Assembly: GCA_942492935.1 (NCBI GenBank)
Contig: OW818654.1
Location: forward strand, 2,412,640 to 2,476,639
Direction of reading: 5' to 3'
From: an uncultured bacterium
GTDB taxonomy: Bacteria > Bacteroidota > Ignavibacteria > Kapaibacteriales > UBA2268
DNA length: 64,000 nt
Positions 19,924-31,374 of the stretch are shown in pieces. The notes beneath the pieces are model-generated. The model was not told the origin of the DNA and made no database searches. It saw nothing but the letters and a program-made list of their open reading frames with translations. Both the position numbers and the translations under genes were made by a program. Position 1 is the stretch's first letter. Each line of letters begins with the position of its first letter.

Positions 19924-20742
19924 ATGAATAAAATAATAAATGTACCTCTTCCCAAAAATGCTGAGAATATGGTTGATAATTTTGAAGCTTTTGTAGAAAT
20001 TGTAAAAATATTGAGAGAAGAGTGCCCTTGGGATAAGGCACAAACACACGAATCAATAGCACAGCTAATGGTTGAAGAAACGTATGAAGCTATAAATGCT
20101 ATTTATGAAAAAGATGATTTTGACTTTAGTAAAGAATTAGGCGATTTACTTTTGCATATTGTTATGCATGCGATTATGGCAGAGGAGAGGAATGCATTTA
20201 ATTTAAAGCAAGTAATCGAAAGAATTTCACATAAGATGGTTCACAGGCATCCTCACGTATTTGGTGATGATGTTGTGAAGGATGAGTTTGAAGTATTAAA
20301 AAATTGGGAGCAACTTAAACAAAAAGAAAGATCTAATGACGTTGATAAATCTGTTCTATCTGGTGTGCCAATTAATTTACCTGCATTGCTTAGAGCTGAA
20401 AGAATTCAACATAAAGTTTCACGTGTTGGTTTTGATTGGGACAATAAGGATGATGTCTGGAACAAGGTTATTGAAGAATTAAATGAACTTAAATTTGAAC
20501 TTGAAAACAATAACAAAGAAAAAGCAAGACAAGAACTTGGTGACTTTATATTTGCAATTGTTAATACAGCAAGACACTATGGTATAGTTGCAGAAGAAGC
20601 AGTTCAATTAACAAATAACAAATTTACAAAAAGATTTAGATACATAGAATCTAAAGCAATTGAACTAGGTAAAGATTTAAATAATATGACTCTTGAAGAA
20701 ATGGATGAATTATGGAATGAATCTAAAATGACTGAGTTGTAA
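19924..20742 (+). CDS. mazG: Nucleoside triphosphate pyrophosphohydrolase MazG, with tandem MazG domains.
   Basis: 272 aa. Two EExxE-type MazG motifs (LMVEETYEAINAI and ELGDFIFAIVNTARHYG). Confidence 0.85.
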   Translation: MNKIINVPLPKNAENMVDNFEAFVEIVKILREECPWDKAQTHESIAQLMVEETYEAINAIYEKDDFDFSKELGDLLLHIVMHAIMAEERNAFNLKQVIERISHKMVHRHPHVFGDDVVKDEFEVLKNWEQLKQKERSNDVDKSVLSGVPINLPALLRAERIQHKVSRVGFDWDNKDDVWNKVIEELNELKFELENNNKEKARQELGDFIFAIVNTARHYGIVAEEAVQLTNNKFTKRFRYIESKAIELGKDLNNMTLEEMDELWNESKMTEL

Positions 20743-20790
20743 CTTAATGCTTGAAATCATTCATAATGAAAAAAATCAAATGAAATGAAC

Positions 20791-21201
20791 TCATTTTATT
20801 AATTTCAGATAGTTTATATCCATAAGTTGAGTTCTAATTTTATCATATATGATATTAGCATCAGTTCTTTTTTCAATAAAATCAACAATTTTTAATTTAC
20901 TAAGAGCGATTACTAATTCTTCTTTACGCAAAGCTGTACAAGCAATAACAGGTAAGTTAGTTAATTTTTTAATACTTCTGATATATTTTAAAGTAGTAAA
21001 GCCATCCATCATTGGCATTTCCATATCAAGTATCAATAAATCAGGAACTTGCTTTTTCAATATCTCAAAACCTTCTTTGGGATTATTTGCTTGAACTACT
21101 TTTGCCCCAATTTTCAAACTAATAATTTGATTCAAAAAACCACGAAACATTTTATCATCATCAATAAGCATTACTGTATTATTAGAAAAATTATCAACCA
21201 T
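20791..21201 (-). CDS. Single-domain response regulator (CheY-like receiver).
   Basis: 136 aa. Receiver motifs MLIDDD, LLILDMEMPMMDG and a conserved Lys region. It is paralogous to the ORF at 22291..22752. Confidence 0.75.
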   Translation of the reverse strand: MVDNFSNNTVMLIDDDKMFRGFLNQIISLKIGAKVVQANNPKEGFEILKKQVPDLLILDMEMPMMDGFTTLKYIRSIKKLTNLPVIACTALRKEELVIALSKLKIVDFIEKRTDANIIYDKIRTQLMDINYLKLIK

Positions 21202-21202
21202 A

Positions 21203-22279
21203 TTACTTTTGGATAATGTTCATTAATAATTTTTGCATGCTGTACAAATTATCACTACCCGATGATTTCAAACTTAAATCCGTTTCTGCAAGATAAATAA
21301 AAGCTCTATTTAATTCTTCTGGTGTATAACGTTTTAAAGCATTTTGGTATTCTGGCAAATGAGTTGAGAATACACCAACTCGTTGAGCAAGTTGAAATGA
21401 ATTTGTACTAATACTCATTTCGTCAAGCAATTTCCATAGAACAATAAAATATTTTGTTAAAATGGTCAAAATTAACATTTCTTGTCTATCATTGGCAAGC
21501 ATTTTATTTAATATTGTTATTGATTTTCTTAAATTTCTCTCCCCAACTGCTTTCTGTAACTCAAACACATTATACTCTCTGGTAGAACCTACAAGCAACA
21601 AAACATCATCTTCTGAAATTTCTTTTTTATCTAATGTAAATGTATTTAACTTATTAATTTCGTTATTAATATCTCTTAAAGATTGCCTACAATGAGCAGT
21701 TATCAACTGAGCAGCATTTTCACTAATATTTTTTTTGTGTTCTTTAAATTTTGAAATAATCCACTTGGGATATTCTGATTCAGGAACTTTAGGATATTCA
21801 ATCCAAGCGTGTTTTTCAATAATTATATTAAAAGGAAATCTTACAGATGCCATCTTTTTGTTTATCATCTGAGTTTTACCTTCTTTAGTAAACTTGCTTA
21901 AATCTTTTGCTGTTTCAATATCAGCAGTTAATATTAGAAATGTAGTAGGGGATGGGCTTTCAAAATATTTTACGATAGGAAATTGTTCCATTTTTTTTGA
22001 TATTCTACCTGAAAAAAATTTGTCAAATCTTTTTACTAATACAACTCTTCTTTCAGACATCATAGGATATGATTTGCATACATCAGAGATATTCATTAAA
22101 TCAGCATTAGAATCATCTCCATCAAACATATCAAAATTGAATCTATCTGTATCACTTTTTAGGGATTTGTCCAATAATTTATTTACAGCATTCTCAATAA
22201 GTAAATCTTCCTCTCCAAAAAGTAGTATAATTGGGGGAAGATTTTCATTATTAAGTATATCGTTAATATTTACAAGCAT
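21203..22279 (-). CDS. holA: DNA polymerase III delta subunit.
   Basis: 358 aa. N terminus ILLFGEEDLLIENAVNKL and the typical delta-subunit domain organisation. Confidence 0.7.
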   Translation of the reverse strand: MLVNINDILNNENLPPIILLFGEEDLLIENAVNKLLDKSLKSDTDRFNFDMFDGDDSNADLMNISDVCKSYPMMSERRVVLVKRFDKFFSGRISKKMEQFPIVKYFESPSPTTFLILTADIETAKDLSKFTKEGKTQMINKKMASVRFPFNIIIEKHAWIEYPKVPESEYPKWIISKFKEHKKNISENAAQLITAHCRQSLRDINNEINKLNTFTLDKKEISEDDVLLLVGSTREYNVFELQKAVGERNLRKSITILNKMLANDRQEMLILTILTKYFIVLWKLLDEMSISTNSFQLAQRVGVFSTHLPEYQNALKRYTPEELNRAFIYLAETDLSLKSSGSDNLYSMQKLLMNIIQK

Positions 22280-22290
22280 GTTATTAAAAA

Positions 22291-22752
22291 TTATTGCTCA
22301 TTATTGTCTTGTTTAGCTAATCCAGTTGTAATTGCTTTATATGCTTTTTCAATTATTGTTCGTGGATCAGATGGCTTAACAATATAATCTGAAATGCCAA
22401 GCTTTGCCAAATTAAAGAGTAATGTTGCATTAGATAAAGCTGTGCAAATAATGACAGGTATATTTGCAGTCTTAGCATTAGCTCTGATATACCTTAGAGC
22501 AGTTTGTCCATCCATTAAGGGCATTTGCATATCTAAGAATATTAAGGCAGGTTGCATATCTTGCAATAATTCAAAAGCTTCTTTTGGGTTTGATGCTGTT
22601 ATGGTTTGGGCTTTTAAATATTTTTCAATAACTTTAGAAATGAATTTTCTATATGGTTCTTCATCATCAACAACCATAACAATATGTTCGGAAAAATCAA
22701 TATTTGGATTTAAAAAAACAGGAACTTCTGCAATACTCATATTAACTACCAA
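22291..22752 (-). CDS. Single-domain response regulator (CheY-like receiver).
   Basis: 153 aa. Motifs MVVDDE and LIFLDMQMPLMDG. It is translationally abutted to the upstream HD-GYP gene (stop at 22753, start at 22752). Confidence 0.75.
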   Translation of the reverse strand: MVVNMSIAEVPVFLNPNIDFSEHIVMVVDDEEPYRKFISKVIEKYLKAQTITASNPKEAFELLQDMQPALIFLDMQMPLMDGQTALRYIRANAKTANIPVIICTALSNATLLFNLAKLGISDYIVKPSDPRTIIEKAYKAITTGLAKQDNNEQ

Positions 22753-23637
22753 TTATTTAATTACTAAAATTTTAAATGGAACTTCGCCAGCATCTACAAA
22801 TCTTCCGAGTGCTGTTATTGATTCTTTAGTGGTAACTTCACCTTTTGCAGCTACCAGCATACCAAATGTAGTATAGTAATCTTCTGCAAAAATCATTCCC
22901 GGTTCGAGACTATTTGCCGGTAACCGCATAACAGAACGATGACCAAGGTTTCTACGTTCAAGTTCCATGATTTCGGTGAGAAGTTGGACAACTTTCTTTT
23001 CAAATAATATATTAGATTTTTTATGCAGAAAATTCATTGTATTGATGTATTTGTCTTTTGTTGCTTCCAAGTAAGCAGAAGTACTGGTTACTTGACCACT
23101 ACCACCAGTGATTTCTGTTTTTTGCCTTTGTCTTCTAAAAACCCCATTATGGAAATAATCGACAACTATAATAATTTTGGCTCCAGGATGAATATTATCT
23201 CTTTGTAGATGTCGAGGAAATCCTGACCCATCTAATTTCTCATGATGCTGGTATATTATTTCACATATTGTGTCAAATGCTTTATATGGTTTAAGAATTT
23301 GCATACCTATTTCAGGATGGAGACTATATTGCTTGTATTCTTGCTGAGTTAATTCAGTTGGATATTTGAATAAAAAAGGTTCAGGCATTCCAACTTTACC
23401 AATATCGTGCAATAATCCAGCAATTTTAACTTCCATTACACCTTCTTCATCCATACCTAATTCTTTAGCAATCATTGCTGATTTATCAGATACAAATCTT
23501 GAATGACTTCCATCATAATATTTTTCCAAAGCAGAGGTTATTCTTGTCAATACTTGGACTGTTTGAAAAAAACCATCAGCCAGTTGAGTAGCTAAATCAT
23601 CAACCAAAGTTTCGAGATCTTTGAAATTATCCTGCAT
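22753..23637 (-). CDS. HD-GYP domain phosphohydrolase, a putative c-di-GMP phosphodiesterase. It has no fused receiver domain.
   Basis: 294 aa. HD motif LHDIGK and HD-GYP signature HHEKLDGSGFP. Confidence 0.75.
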   Translation of the reverse strand: MQDNFKDLETLVDDLATQLADGFFQTVQVLTRITSALEKYYDGSHSRFVSDKSAMIAKELGMDEEGVMEVKIAGLLHDIGKVGMPEPFLFKYPTELTQQEYKQYSLHPEIGMQILKPYKAFDTICEIIYQHHEKLDGSGFPRHLQRDNIHPGAKIIIVVDYFHNGVFRRQRQKTEITGGSGQVTSTSAYLEATKDKYINTMNFLHKKSNILFEKKVVQLLTEIMELERRNLGHRSVMRLPANSLEPGMIFAEDYYTTFGMLVAAKGEVTTKESITALGRFVDAGEVPFKILVIK

Positions 23638-23892
23638 AACCTATTTATATAATTATGTATAATTTTTTTTACTAATTAAATTCTTCAAAAAATTTAAAAT
23701 CAATTTAAAAAAAATTTAAATATGGAAATATTAATTAAATTAAATTAATTGATTTCCATTCAAATTAACTTACAAATATAAGAAAAAATCGTCTGATAAA
23801 TTCGACTAATTTTATTAAATTTCACTATTTTCAATGTATTTCTACAAAATGACAAATTCTTATTCATACTTTAAAGGAATTTATATAAATTG

Positions 23893-26475
23893 TTAATAAT
23901 TTACCATAAGTTTTTTTCTGATGATAGTAGAATGTGTTCTTAATACAACAAAATAAACACCTTTATTGTAATTTGCTAAATCAATTATTTTGATAAACTC
24001 TGAATACTCTTTTAAGTAATAAGTAAACGTAATGCTTTCAACTTTCTGACCTTCCAAAGAATATATATCTATAATATAAGTACCATTTTCTTTTGAATAA
24101 ATACTAATATCAGCTGTTTCTTTGAAATAATTAGGAGTAATTTTCATAGTAGTGTTTTCATTCTTTTGAACAGGTCTAATTTGAGAGGCACATCCTGTTA
24201 CTTCCAAACTACCATTTTGGGAAATAATGTTCACGTTATTATGATTTAATTCAATAGAATTGATATTTATTGAATCAGGTGAAAAATTACCTGGAAGTAC
24301 AACTCCATCTAAATTAGCAATTATTATTTCTTTATCATTTAATTTTACATTATTTAATGTAATATCCAATTTAAAACTATCATTTTCAAATGATTTAATA
24401 AAATTCCCAATACTCAAACTTTCAGGATAAAAAAAGTCTTTATGGAATATAAGTTTGAAATTTAAATCTGTGATTAAAGGAATCCCTTCATAACATTGCA
24501 GTTTTGCATATATTGGAATGGATAGTTTTTTCCCCGCATCTTGCTTTAATTCAGGAATCCAAATCATTAAATCTGCTTTTGCATCACCTTTTATGTCCGT
24601 TTGGAAAGTTTGGTTATCATTACCGTAACTTGTTGATATAATTAAATTTTGTGTATAATTTCCTGGAGTTCCTGTATAAAATCTAACTCTAATTAGCTTT
24701 TGTGAACCTGCATTAATAGAACCGATAATTTGATTTTTATTCATAATTTGAAATTCTGAATTAGAGTTTTCAAATGTTATATCATTAATCAAAATATTTT
24801 GAGTTCCTGTATTAACGATTTTAATATCTTTAATATCGCTTCCACCAATACAAATCTCATCAAATCTTGTTGTATCAGGATTTAAGAACTTAATTGCATC
24901 TTTAATTGAAGATATTTCAATTGAATCTCGAGTATAGCAACCTAATTTGTTATATACATTCAAATAATATTTTCCTGCAGAAGTAACTCTAATTTCAGTA
25001 GCAGTATCACCTGTTGACCATACATACAAATATTCGTTATTAGATAATTCTGATTTTAAAGTTAAATATCCATCGTTTGAGAAATCGCCAACTGCAATTA
25101 TTTTGGCTTTTGGGACTTCAATAATTTTCAAATAAATACTATCTGCAATAGTGAAATTGAAATAATCTGCTTTAAGATAATACCAACCTTCATCTGTTTT
25201 GTTAGCAGTATTAATTCTTAATTCACGAATTGATGTCTTAAATCCATTAGGTCCTGTCCAGCTGTACTTAGTATTTTTAAATTTTGGAAGTTTATAAAGA
25301 TTTAAGAAAACTAAATCCCCTTCACAAAATTCATTTGGCTCTATTTTTAAATTAAAATCAAATAAACCTGCATTAAAATTTGGCATACCATAAGAGCAAT
25401 ATCTATCAGGAATATTACTTAAAATTATAGAATTTGAAACATAATTACAATTATCCCCCTCTTTTTCAGGATATTGTATTTCACTTAAATGCTGTGTGTT
25501 CAAATTTGCTATATAGATTTTTCCATTCGGAGCAAGTTGTAATGCACCTAAATCATTTTTTTCCTTAGCTATAATTTTCTCTGAATTTTCAATTTTTTGT
25601 TTATCAAAATCTTTAACATTAAATTGAGAAATAAGTCCTTCGTTTGCATCGCAGATATACAAATAATTGCCACTTGGAGAAAATTCAAGACCATAATTAG
25701 CAACTCGATTTCCAAGTGAAATTGTTATTGGATTGGAGATAATACCATTCACGTTATCAAATTTAAAAAGTTCTGCGTAACTATTAGTAACACAAGTTAA
25801 AGCAATTTTATCACCTCTTGGTGATGACTTCATATAGCCAATAACTAAATTACTATCACCTTGTTGAATAATACCAACATTTGATTTAACTTGCTTTTCG
25901 ATACCTTTTTCAGTTAGAAGATTTGCAATGAAAGCATTTGTACTCCACTCATGAGCAATAATCCAAACATCTTTACCATTTTGATGATAACAAGCAGTAA
26001 GTTTTTCGGTTGAATTTTTTAATAATGGTTTGTTCAATTCTTTGATTTCGGTACCATTAATATCTGACTTTACAATTGTATAATTAAACCCTTTATTTAT
26101 TGAATCAGCATACAATCCTGCATCAGTTGTGAAAATGTAGTAAATATTATCTGAATTTGGCAGTTTGATAATTAATGATGATTGGGTAGAATGAAAATCG
26201 CCAAGCATTTTGTTGTTATTGTTAATCACATTTCCCTTATTATTATAAATAAGAGACCCATTTGTATAAAAAAGTAAATTCCCATTAGAATCTGAAATTG
26301 ACGCACAACCTTCAAAAGAATAAAAATTGACATTATCAACTACTTTTGGCTCTCCATCTGGTGTATTAAAGTTAATAGCTGATTTGTTGCCAAAATACCA
26401 ATTAAATGTTTCGTTTTGTGCAAACAAATTAAGCGTTATAAACAAACATAATATGTAAATTAATTTCTTCATCAA
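23893..26475 (-). CDS. Large secreted repeat/beta-propeller-like protein with a T9SS (Por) C-terminal sorting domain.
   Basis: 860 aa. N-terminal signal peptide MMKKLIYILCLFITLNLFA. The C-terminal 80 aa (YIIDIYSLEGQKV...KGVYFVVLRT) match the type-A T9SS CTD pattern. Confidence 0.65.
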   Translation of the reverse strand: MMKKLIYILCLFITLNLFAQNETFNWYFGNKSAINFNTPDGEPKVVDNVNFYSFEGCASISDSNGNLLFYTNGSLIYNNKGNVINNNNKMLGDFHSTQSSLIIKLPNSDNIYYIFTTDAGLYADSINKGFNYTIVKSDINGTEIKELNKPLLKNSTEKLTACYHQNGKDVWIIAHEWSTNAFIANLLTEKGIEKQVKSNVGIIQQGDSNLVIGYMKSSPRGDKIALTCVTNSYAELFKFDNVNGIISNPITISLGNRVANYGLEFSPSGNYLYICDANEGLISQFNVKDFDKQKIENSEKIIAKEKNDLGALQLAPNGKIYIANLNTQHLSEIQYPEKEGDNCNYVSNSIILSNIPDRYCSYGMPNFNAGLFDFNLKIEPNEFCEGDLVFLNLYKLPKFKNTKYSWTGPNGFKTSIRELRINTANKTDEGWYYLKADYFNFTIADSIYLKIIEVPKAKIIAVGDFSNDGYLTLKSELSNNEYLYVWSTGDTATEIRVTSAGKYYLNVYNKLGCYTRDSIEISSIKDAIKFLNPDTTRFDEICIGGSDIKDIKIVNTGTQNILINDITFENSNSEFQIMNKNQIIGSINAGSQKLIRVRFYTGTPGNYTQNLIISTSYGNDNQTFQTDIKGDAKADLMIWIPELKQDAGKKLSIPIYAKLQCYEGIPLITDLNFKLIFHKDFFYPESLSIGNFIKSFENDSFKLDITLNNVKLNDKEIIIANLDGVVLPGNFSPDSININSIELNHNNVNIISQNGSLEVTGCASQIRPVQKNENTTMKITPNYFKETADISIYSKENGTYIIDIYSLEGQKVESITFTYYLKEYSEFIKIIDLANYNKGVYFVVLRTHSTIIRKKLMVNY

Positions 26476-26505
26476 TTTTAATTATAACAAATGCTATGCC
26501 GAAAA

Positions 26506-27597
26506 CTATAATACTTCTTTTCGTAAAGGATAATTCTTTCTCAACATATCAAATTGTATTTTTCTTTCACTTTCATCTAAATTAATAATATTTCTAAATT
26601 GTTCAACATCAAAATCAATATGTCTGCTATCACTTATTAAATTGTAAAGTGCTATTTTATCCTGAAAAATTGATTTATCTGCTGGACTGTAGTACTCTAA
26701 TTCTTTGAAAATCATAGTTTTATCAGTAGTAATTTTATATGTTTTTTCAAAACTGTCCAATATTTGTAATGTTCCTTTTAATTTGCCATTGTAAGAATAT
26801 CCTGCAATATGAGGAGTTGCAATCATTGCTTTTGAAGCAAGTAAAGGATTAAAGTTTGGTTCATTCTCCCATACATCAATCACCACCGTCAAATCATTAT
26901 TTTCAATTAAATCCAATAATACTTTCTCATTAACAACGCCACCTCTTGAACAATGAAGAAACAATGAATGTGGCTTAACAAGATGTAAGTTATTACTATT
27001 CAATAGTTTATAAGTAGGATAATTACCATTGTTTTCAAGAGGAACGTGATTTGTAATTATATCACTTTCACTTAGAATTTCTTCAAGCTCGCAATATTTA
27101 TATTCTTTTGGAAAATCAAAATGATTATCAAATAAAGGTGGATCATTAATCAAAACTTCAAAACCAGCCCAATACGCATATTTTGCTACTAATTTTCCTA
27201 TATTCCCAAAACCAATTATGCCGATTTTCTTTTTTGAATGGTCAATATTGTTCAAAATTGACCATTTTAAAATTGAAAAAATTACATATTCAGCAACTGA
27301 ATTTGCATTACAACCAGGTGCTGATGAAAAGATAATATTTTTTGAATTAAGATAATCAATATCTACGTGGTCAAAGCCTGCTGTTGCTGTTGCAACAAAT
27401 TCAAGTTGAGTTCCATCACATAGAATATTATTTACCTTCGTTTGTGAACGTGTAAATAGAATATTGCATTGTGATTCTTTCAACAATGAATTACTTAAAG
27501 TTCTACCATTAACAATTTTCGTATTACCTAAATGACTAACTGCTTGTTCAAGCAGAACAATATTTTCATCAATGCAAAAATTAAACTCTTTCATCAC
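26506..27597 (-). CDS. pdxB: Erythronate-4-phosphate dehydrogenase (D-2-hydroxyacid dehydrogenase family).
   Basis: 363 aa. The motifs DENIV, VATATAGFDHVD and SSAPGCNANSVAEYV align with the E. coli PdxB N terminus. The NAD-binding motif is GIIGFGNIG. Confidence 0.75.
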   Translation of the reverse strand: MMKEFNFCIDENIVLLEQAVSHLGNTKIVNGRTLSNSLLKESQCNILFTRSQTKVNNILCDGTQLEFVATATAGFDHVDIDYLNSKNIIFSSAPGCNANSVAEYVIFSILKWSILNNIDHSKKKIGIIGFGNIGKLVAKYAYWAGFEVLINDPPLFDNHFDFPKEYKYCELEEILSESDIITNHVPLENNGNYPTYKLLNSNNLHLVKPHSLFLHCSRGGVVNEKVLLDLIENNDLTVVIDVWENEPNFNPLLASKAMIATPHIAGYSYNGKLKGTLQILDSFEKTYKITTDKTMIFKELEYYSPADKSIFQDKIALYNLISDSRHIDFDVEQFRNIINLDESERKIQFDMLRKNYPLRKEVL

Positions 27598-27606
27598 TAA
27601 TTTATA

Positions 27607-28554
27607 TTAATTTCTAATTTTGGAAATTTCTTTCAATTGTAAAATCAACTCTTTTTCTTTTTCAGTTAAATTTGTAGGTAATTTTGCAATTAATTTGATA
27701 TACAAATCTCCTCTTTCACTTGCTTTACTGTATATAGGCATACCTTGTCCCTTCAATTTCAGCACTTTACCAGATTGAGATTCTGGTGCTATATTAATCT
27801 TTAGCGTTCCACCCATAGTAACAATTTTAGATTCACCACCAAGCATCATTGTATAAATATCCACATAAGAATCCAAATGTAAATCATTGCTTTTTCTTTC
27901 GTAAATTTGATGTTCTGGAATTTTAATATTAATCAACAAATCACCATTTTTGCCACCAAATTTACCAGCAACACCTTTTCCTGTTAATTTGAGAACTTGT
28001 TCAGAAGCTATACCCGGTTTAATTTTAACATCTAATTTTTCATTATTTAGCAAAAATTGTTTAGTCGCACCAGAAAATGCTTCTTCAAGAGTTATTTCTA
28101 AATCAGTTGTAATATCTTCGCCTTTCATTGGGCTATTTCTTGTTTTAGCAGCACCACCAGCTCCGCTAAAACCACCGCCAAAGATTTTCTCAAAGAAATC
28201 AGAAATACCACCGCTATTATCAAAAAAATCACCTACAGTTTGTCCTGACCTTTTTCGGCTTGCTTGTTGTTGCTGCCTACCTGCCCAATCATTCCAATTA
28301 AAATCATCTGAGCTACCTCCTTGCGACCTGTGTCTATTCCAGCTTGAACCTAAATTGTCATATTTGGCTCTTTTATCAGGGTCTTTAAGTACTTCATAAG
28401 CTTCGTTAATTTCTTTAAATTTAGCATCAGCATCATTATTTTTGTTTGCATCTGGATGATATTGCTTAGCTAATTTTTTAAATGCTTTTTTTATTTCGTC
28501 TGTTGTAGCATTTTTTTCAACACCTAATACCTTATAATAATCTTTGAAATCCAT
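27607..28554 (-). CDS. DnaJ-family co-chaperone of the CbpA type. It has a J domain, a Gly/Phe-rich linker and a C-terminal substrate-binding domain, and lacks the Zn finger.
   Basis: 315 aa. J-domain HPD motif (YHPDANKN) and a GGGFSGAGG linker. No CxxCxGxG repeats. Confidence 0.75.
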   Translation of the reverse strand: MDFKDYYKVLGVEKNATTDEIKKAFKKLAKQYHPDANKNNDADAKFKEINEAYEVLKDPDKRAKYDNLGSSWNRHRSQGGSSDDFNWNDWAGRQQQQASRKRSGQTVGDFFDNSGGISDFFEKIFGGGFSGAGGAAKTRNSPMKGEDITTDLEITLEEAFSGATKQFLLNNEKLDVKIKPGIASEQVLKLTGKGVAGKFGGKNGDLLINIKIPEHQIYERKSNDLHLDSYVDIYTMMLGGESKIVTMGGTLKINIAPESQSGKVLKLKGQGMPIYSKASERGDLYIKLIAKLPTNLTEKEKELILQLKEISKIRN

Positions 28555-28586
28555 AATATTAACTCAATTATTTATTTAACATTTCA

Positions 28587-30614
28587 TTATTTTTTTAAAT
28601 TCTTCATTTTCTCAATTTCATCTCTCAATTCAGCTGCTCTTTCAAAATCAAGTTCCTTTGCAGCATTTCGCATTTCTAAATATAATTGATTAATTAATTC
28701 TTCTTTTTGTTCATCTGTCATAAATTTGAACAATGGGTCTGCCTTGCTTTCTGCTTTTTTATCATAAAAATCCTGTTTTCTCTTAGCTTGATGTGCTTGT
28801 ACATCAGCAATAGAAGTAGAACTTAATATTTCTTCAATAGATTTATAAACTGTTGCTGGATTGATATTATGCTCTGTGTTATAAGCTTTTTGTAATTCCC
28901 TTCTACGTAAAGTTTCATCAATTACCAATTTCATTGATTTCGTTACCCTATCAGCATAAAAAATTACAAGTCCTTCTACATTTCTTGCTGTTCTCCCAGC
29001 AACTTGAAGTAATGAACGTTCGCTTCGTAAAAATCCTTCTTTATCAGCATCGAGGACTGCTACAAGTGAAACTTCAGGTAAATCTAATCCTTCCCTTAAT
29101 AAATTAACTCCAACAAGAACATCATATTCGCCAAGTCTTAAATCTCTTATTATTTCTACACGCTCCAAAGAATCAATATCAGAATGAATATAAGCAACTT
29201 CAATTTTCAAATTTTTAAAATATTCAGCCAAATCTTCAGCCATTCTTTTGGTTAGCGTTGTAACTAAAACTCTTTCTTTCTTAACAACTCTTTTTCTAAT
29301 TTCATTCAATAAGTCATCAATTTGATTTTTTACTGGTCTAACGCTTATTTCTGGGTCTAAAAGTCCAGTAGGTCTGATAACCTGCTCAACGACTACCCCC
29401 TCGCATTTTTCTAATTCATAAGGTCCGGGAGTAGCACTTACATAAACTACTTGATTAGTAATAGATTCAAATTCATCGAATCTTAGTGGTCTATTTTCCA
29501 ATGCAGACGGTAATCTAAAGCCGTGTTCCACCAAACTCATCTTTCTTGAACGGTCACCAAGATACATACCCCTGATTTGTGGAGCAGTTACGTGGCTTTC
29601 ATCTACCATCAATAAGTAATCTTCTGGGAAAAAGTCAAAAATACAATGAGGACGTTCACCAAATTGTCTATTAGTTAAGTGCATAGAATAATTTTCAATA
29701 CCCGAACAATAACCAACTTCTTTCATCATTTCTAAATCAAAAATTGTTCGTTGTTCAAGCCGTTGTGCTTCAAGACCTTTGCCAGCTTCTCTTAATACTT
29801 TTAATCGTTCATAAAGTTCATCTTTGATTTTCACCATAGCTTTTTTGAGCTGACTTTCTTCAGTAACAAATAATTTTGCAGGGTATAATGTTATTTGTTT
29901 TTCATTAGAAATTATTTTTCCTGTAACTGCATCAATCATTGAAATTTTTTCAATCTCATCTCCAAACATTTCAAGTCGAATAGCTGTTTTATCTTCATAA
30001 GCCGGAATAATATCAATTACATCACCACGAACTCTAAAAGTACCACGTTGAAATTCATAATCATTTCTGGAATAATGTAATGCTGTTAATCTATAAAGCA
30101 ACTGCTGTCTTTGCATTATCATTCCAATATGAATAGGGAAGAGGAAGGCAAGAAAATCTTCTTTTTTACCTATTGAATAAATACAAGAAACCGAAGCAAC
30201 AACAATAACATCTCTTCTGCCTTCAACAAGTGAACTTGTTGCTTTTAACCTCAATCTGTCAATTTCATCATTTATAGCAAAATCTTTTTCTATATAAGTA
30301 TCAGTTTTTAATATATATGCTTCTGGTTGGTAGTAATCATAATATGAAATAAAAAATTCTACTGCATTATTTGGGAAAAACCCTTTAAATTCACTATATA
30401 ATTGAGCCGCAAGTGTTTTATTTGGAGAAATAATTAAAGTTGGTTTTTGAGTTTGCTGAATTACATTCGACATAGTAAATGTTTTACCCGAACCTGTAAC
30501 TCCAAGCAAACATTGATGTTTGTCCCCACGAGTAATACCTTCAACAAGTTCTTTTATTGCTTTAGGTTGGTCACCTGCCGGTTTATAATTAGAAACTAAT
30601 TCAAAATTCGACAT
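28587..30614 (-). CDS. uvrB: Excinuclease ABC subunit B.
   Basis: 675 aa. Walker A GVTGSGKT, helicase motifs and a C-terminal UvrB/UvrC interaction motif (ELRDEI). Confidence 0.9.
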   Translation of the reverse strand: MSNFELVSNYKPAGDQPKAIKELVEGITRGDKHQCLLGVTGSGKTFTMSNVIQQTQKPTLIISPNKTLAAQLYSEFKGFFPNNAVEFFISYYDYYQPEAYILKTDTYIEKDFAINDEIDRLRLKATSSLVEGRRDVIVVASVSCIYSIGKKEDFLAFLFPIHIGMIMQRQQLLYRLTALHYSRNDYEFQRGTFRVRGDVIDIIPAYEDKTAIRLEMFGDEIEKISMIDAVTGKIISNEKQITLYPAKLFVTEESQLKKAMVKIKDELYERLKVLREAGKGLEAQRLEQRTIFDLEMMKEVGYCSGIENYSMHLTNRQFGERPHCIFDFFPEDYLLMVDESHVTAPQIRGMYLGDRSRKMSLVEHGFRLPSALENRPLRFDEFESITNQVVYVSATPGPYELEKCEGVVVEQVIRPTGLLDPEISVRPVKNQIDDLLNEIRKRVVKKERVLVTTLTKRMAEDLAEYFKNLKIEVAYIHSDIDSLERVEIIRDLRLGEYDVLVGVNLLREGLDLPEVSLVAVLDADKEGFLRSERSLLQVAGRTARNVEGLVIFYADRVTKSMKLVIDETLRRRELQKAYNTEHNINPATVYKSIEEILSSTSIADVQAHQAKRKQDFYDKKAESKADPLFKFMTDEQKEELINQLYLEMRNAAKELDFERAAELRDEIEKMKNLKK

Positions 30615-30759
30615 ATTTAAATCATTAATTTACAACAACAATCTAAAGACGTATTCATTATTTAGTTCGTTTATGGTTTTGACTATTACATTTGATTTAA
30701 ACAACATAAATAAATTGCTATTTGGAATTTTAATTATATTTAAATTAAAATCATAATTA

Positions 30760-31374
30760 ATGAAACAAACTACAAAAAAATGTGTCTTTGCTTATGAAGG
30801 TGGTATGAAAAATTATAAGAAATATAGCGATAAGGAATTAATTCAAATTATAGCAGATTCAAAAGAACCTGCTAAGTCAACTGCATTTTCGGAATTATAC
30901 AATCGATATTCAAATAATATTTATCTTTATTGCAGAAAAATTTTCGGTGATGGCACTTTTGCAGAGGATATTTTTCAAGAAACTTTTCTTCAGCTTTTAA
31001 AAAGTATTGAGAATAATATTCAAATCGGTAATGTTCAGGGTTATTTGCTTAGAACGGCACGGAATTTATCGCTTAATTTCAGAAGGAATAATAAAATTGA
31101 TACTATTGAATTTGAAGAATTTAGAGTATATATTGAAGAGAATGATTACGAACTGAAAGAACTTTCCGAATTGATTGACGCTGCTTTGGAATTGCTACCA
31201 GAAGAGCATAAAGAAGCATTTGTACTACAAACTTATCAGGGCTTAAGTTACAGTGAAATTGCATCTTTAACTGAAGTCCCGCTATCAACTGTTAGAAATC
31301 GAGTAGTAAGAGCAAAAGCAAAATTGAGAGAAATATTGACACCTCTAATACAGGGAGAAAATAAATATGAATAG
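30760..31374 (+). CDS. ECF-type RNA polymerase sigma-70 family factor.
   Basis: 204 aa. Region 2 (FQETFLQL) and region 4 HTH (LSYSEIASLTEVPLSTVRNRV). Confidence 0.75.
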   Translation: MKQTTKKCVFAYEGGMKNYKKYSDKELIQIIADSKEPAKSTAFSELYNRYSNNIYLYCRKIFGDGTFAEDIFQETFLQLLKSIENNIQIGNVQGYLLRTARNLSLNFRRNNKIDTIEFEEFRVYIEENDYELKELSELIDAALELLPEEHKEAFVLQTYQGLSYSEIASLTEVPLSTVRNRVVRAKAKLREILTPLIQGENKYE

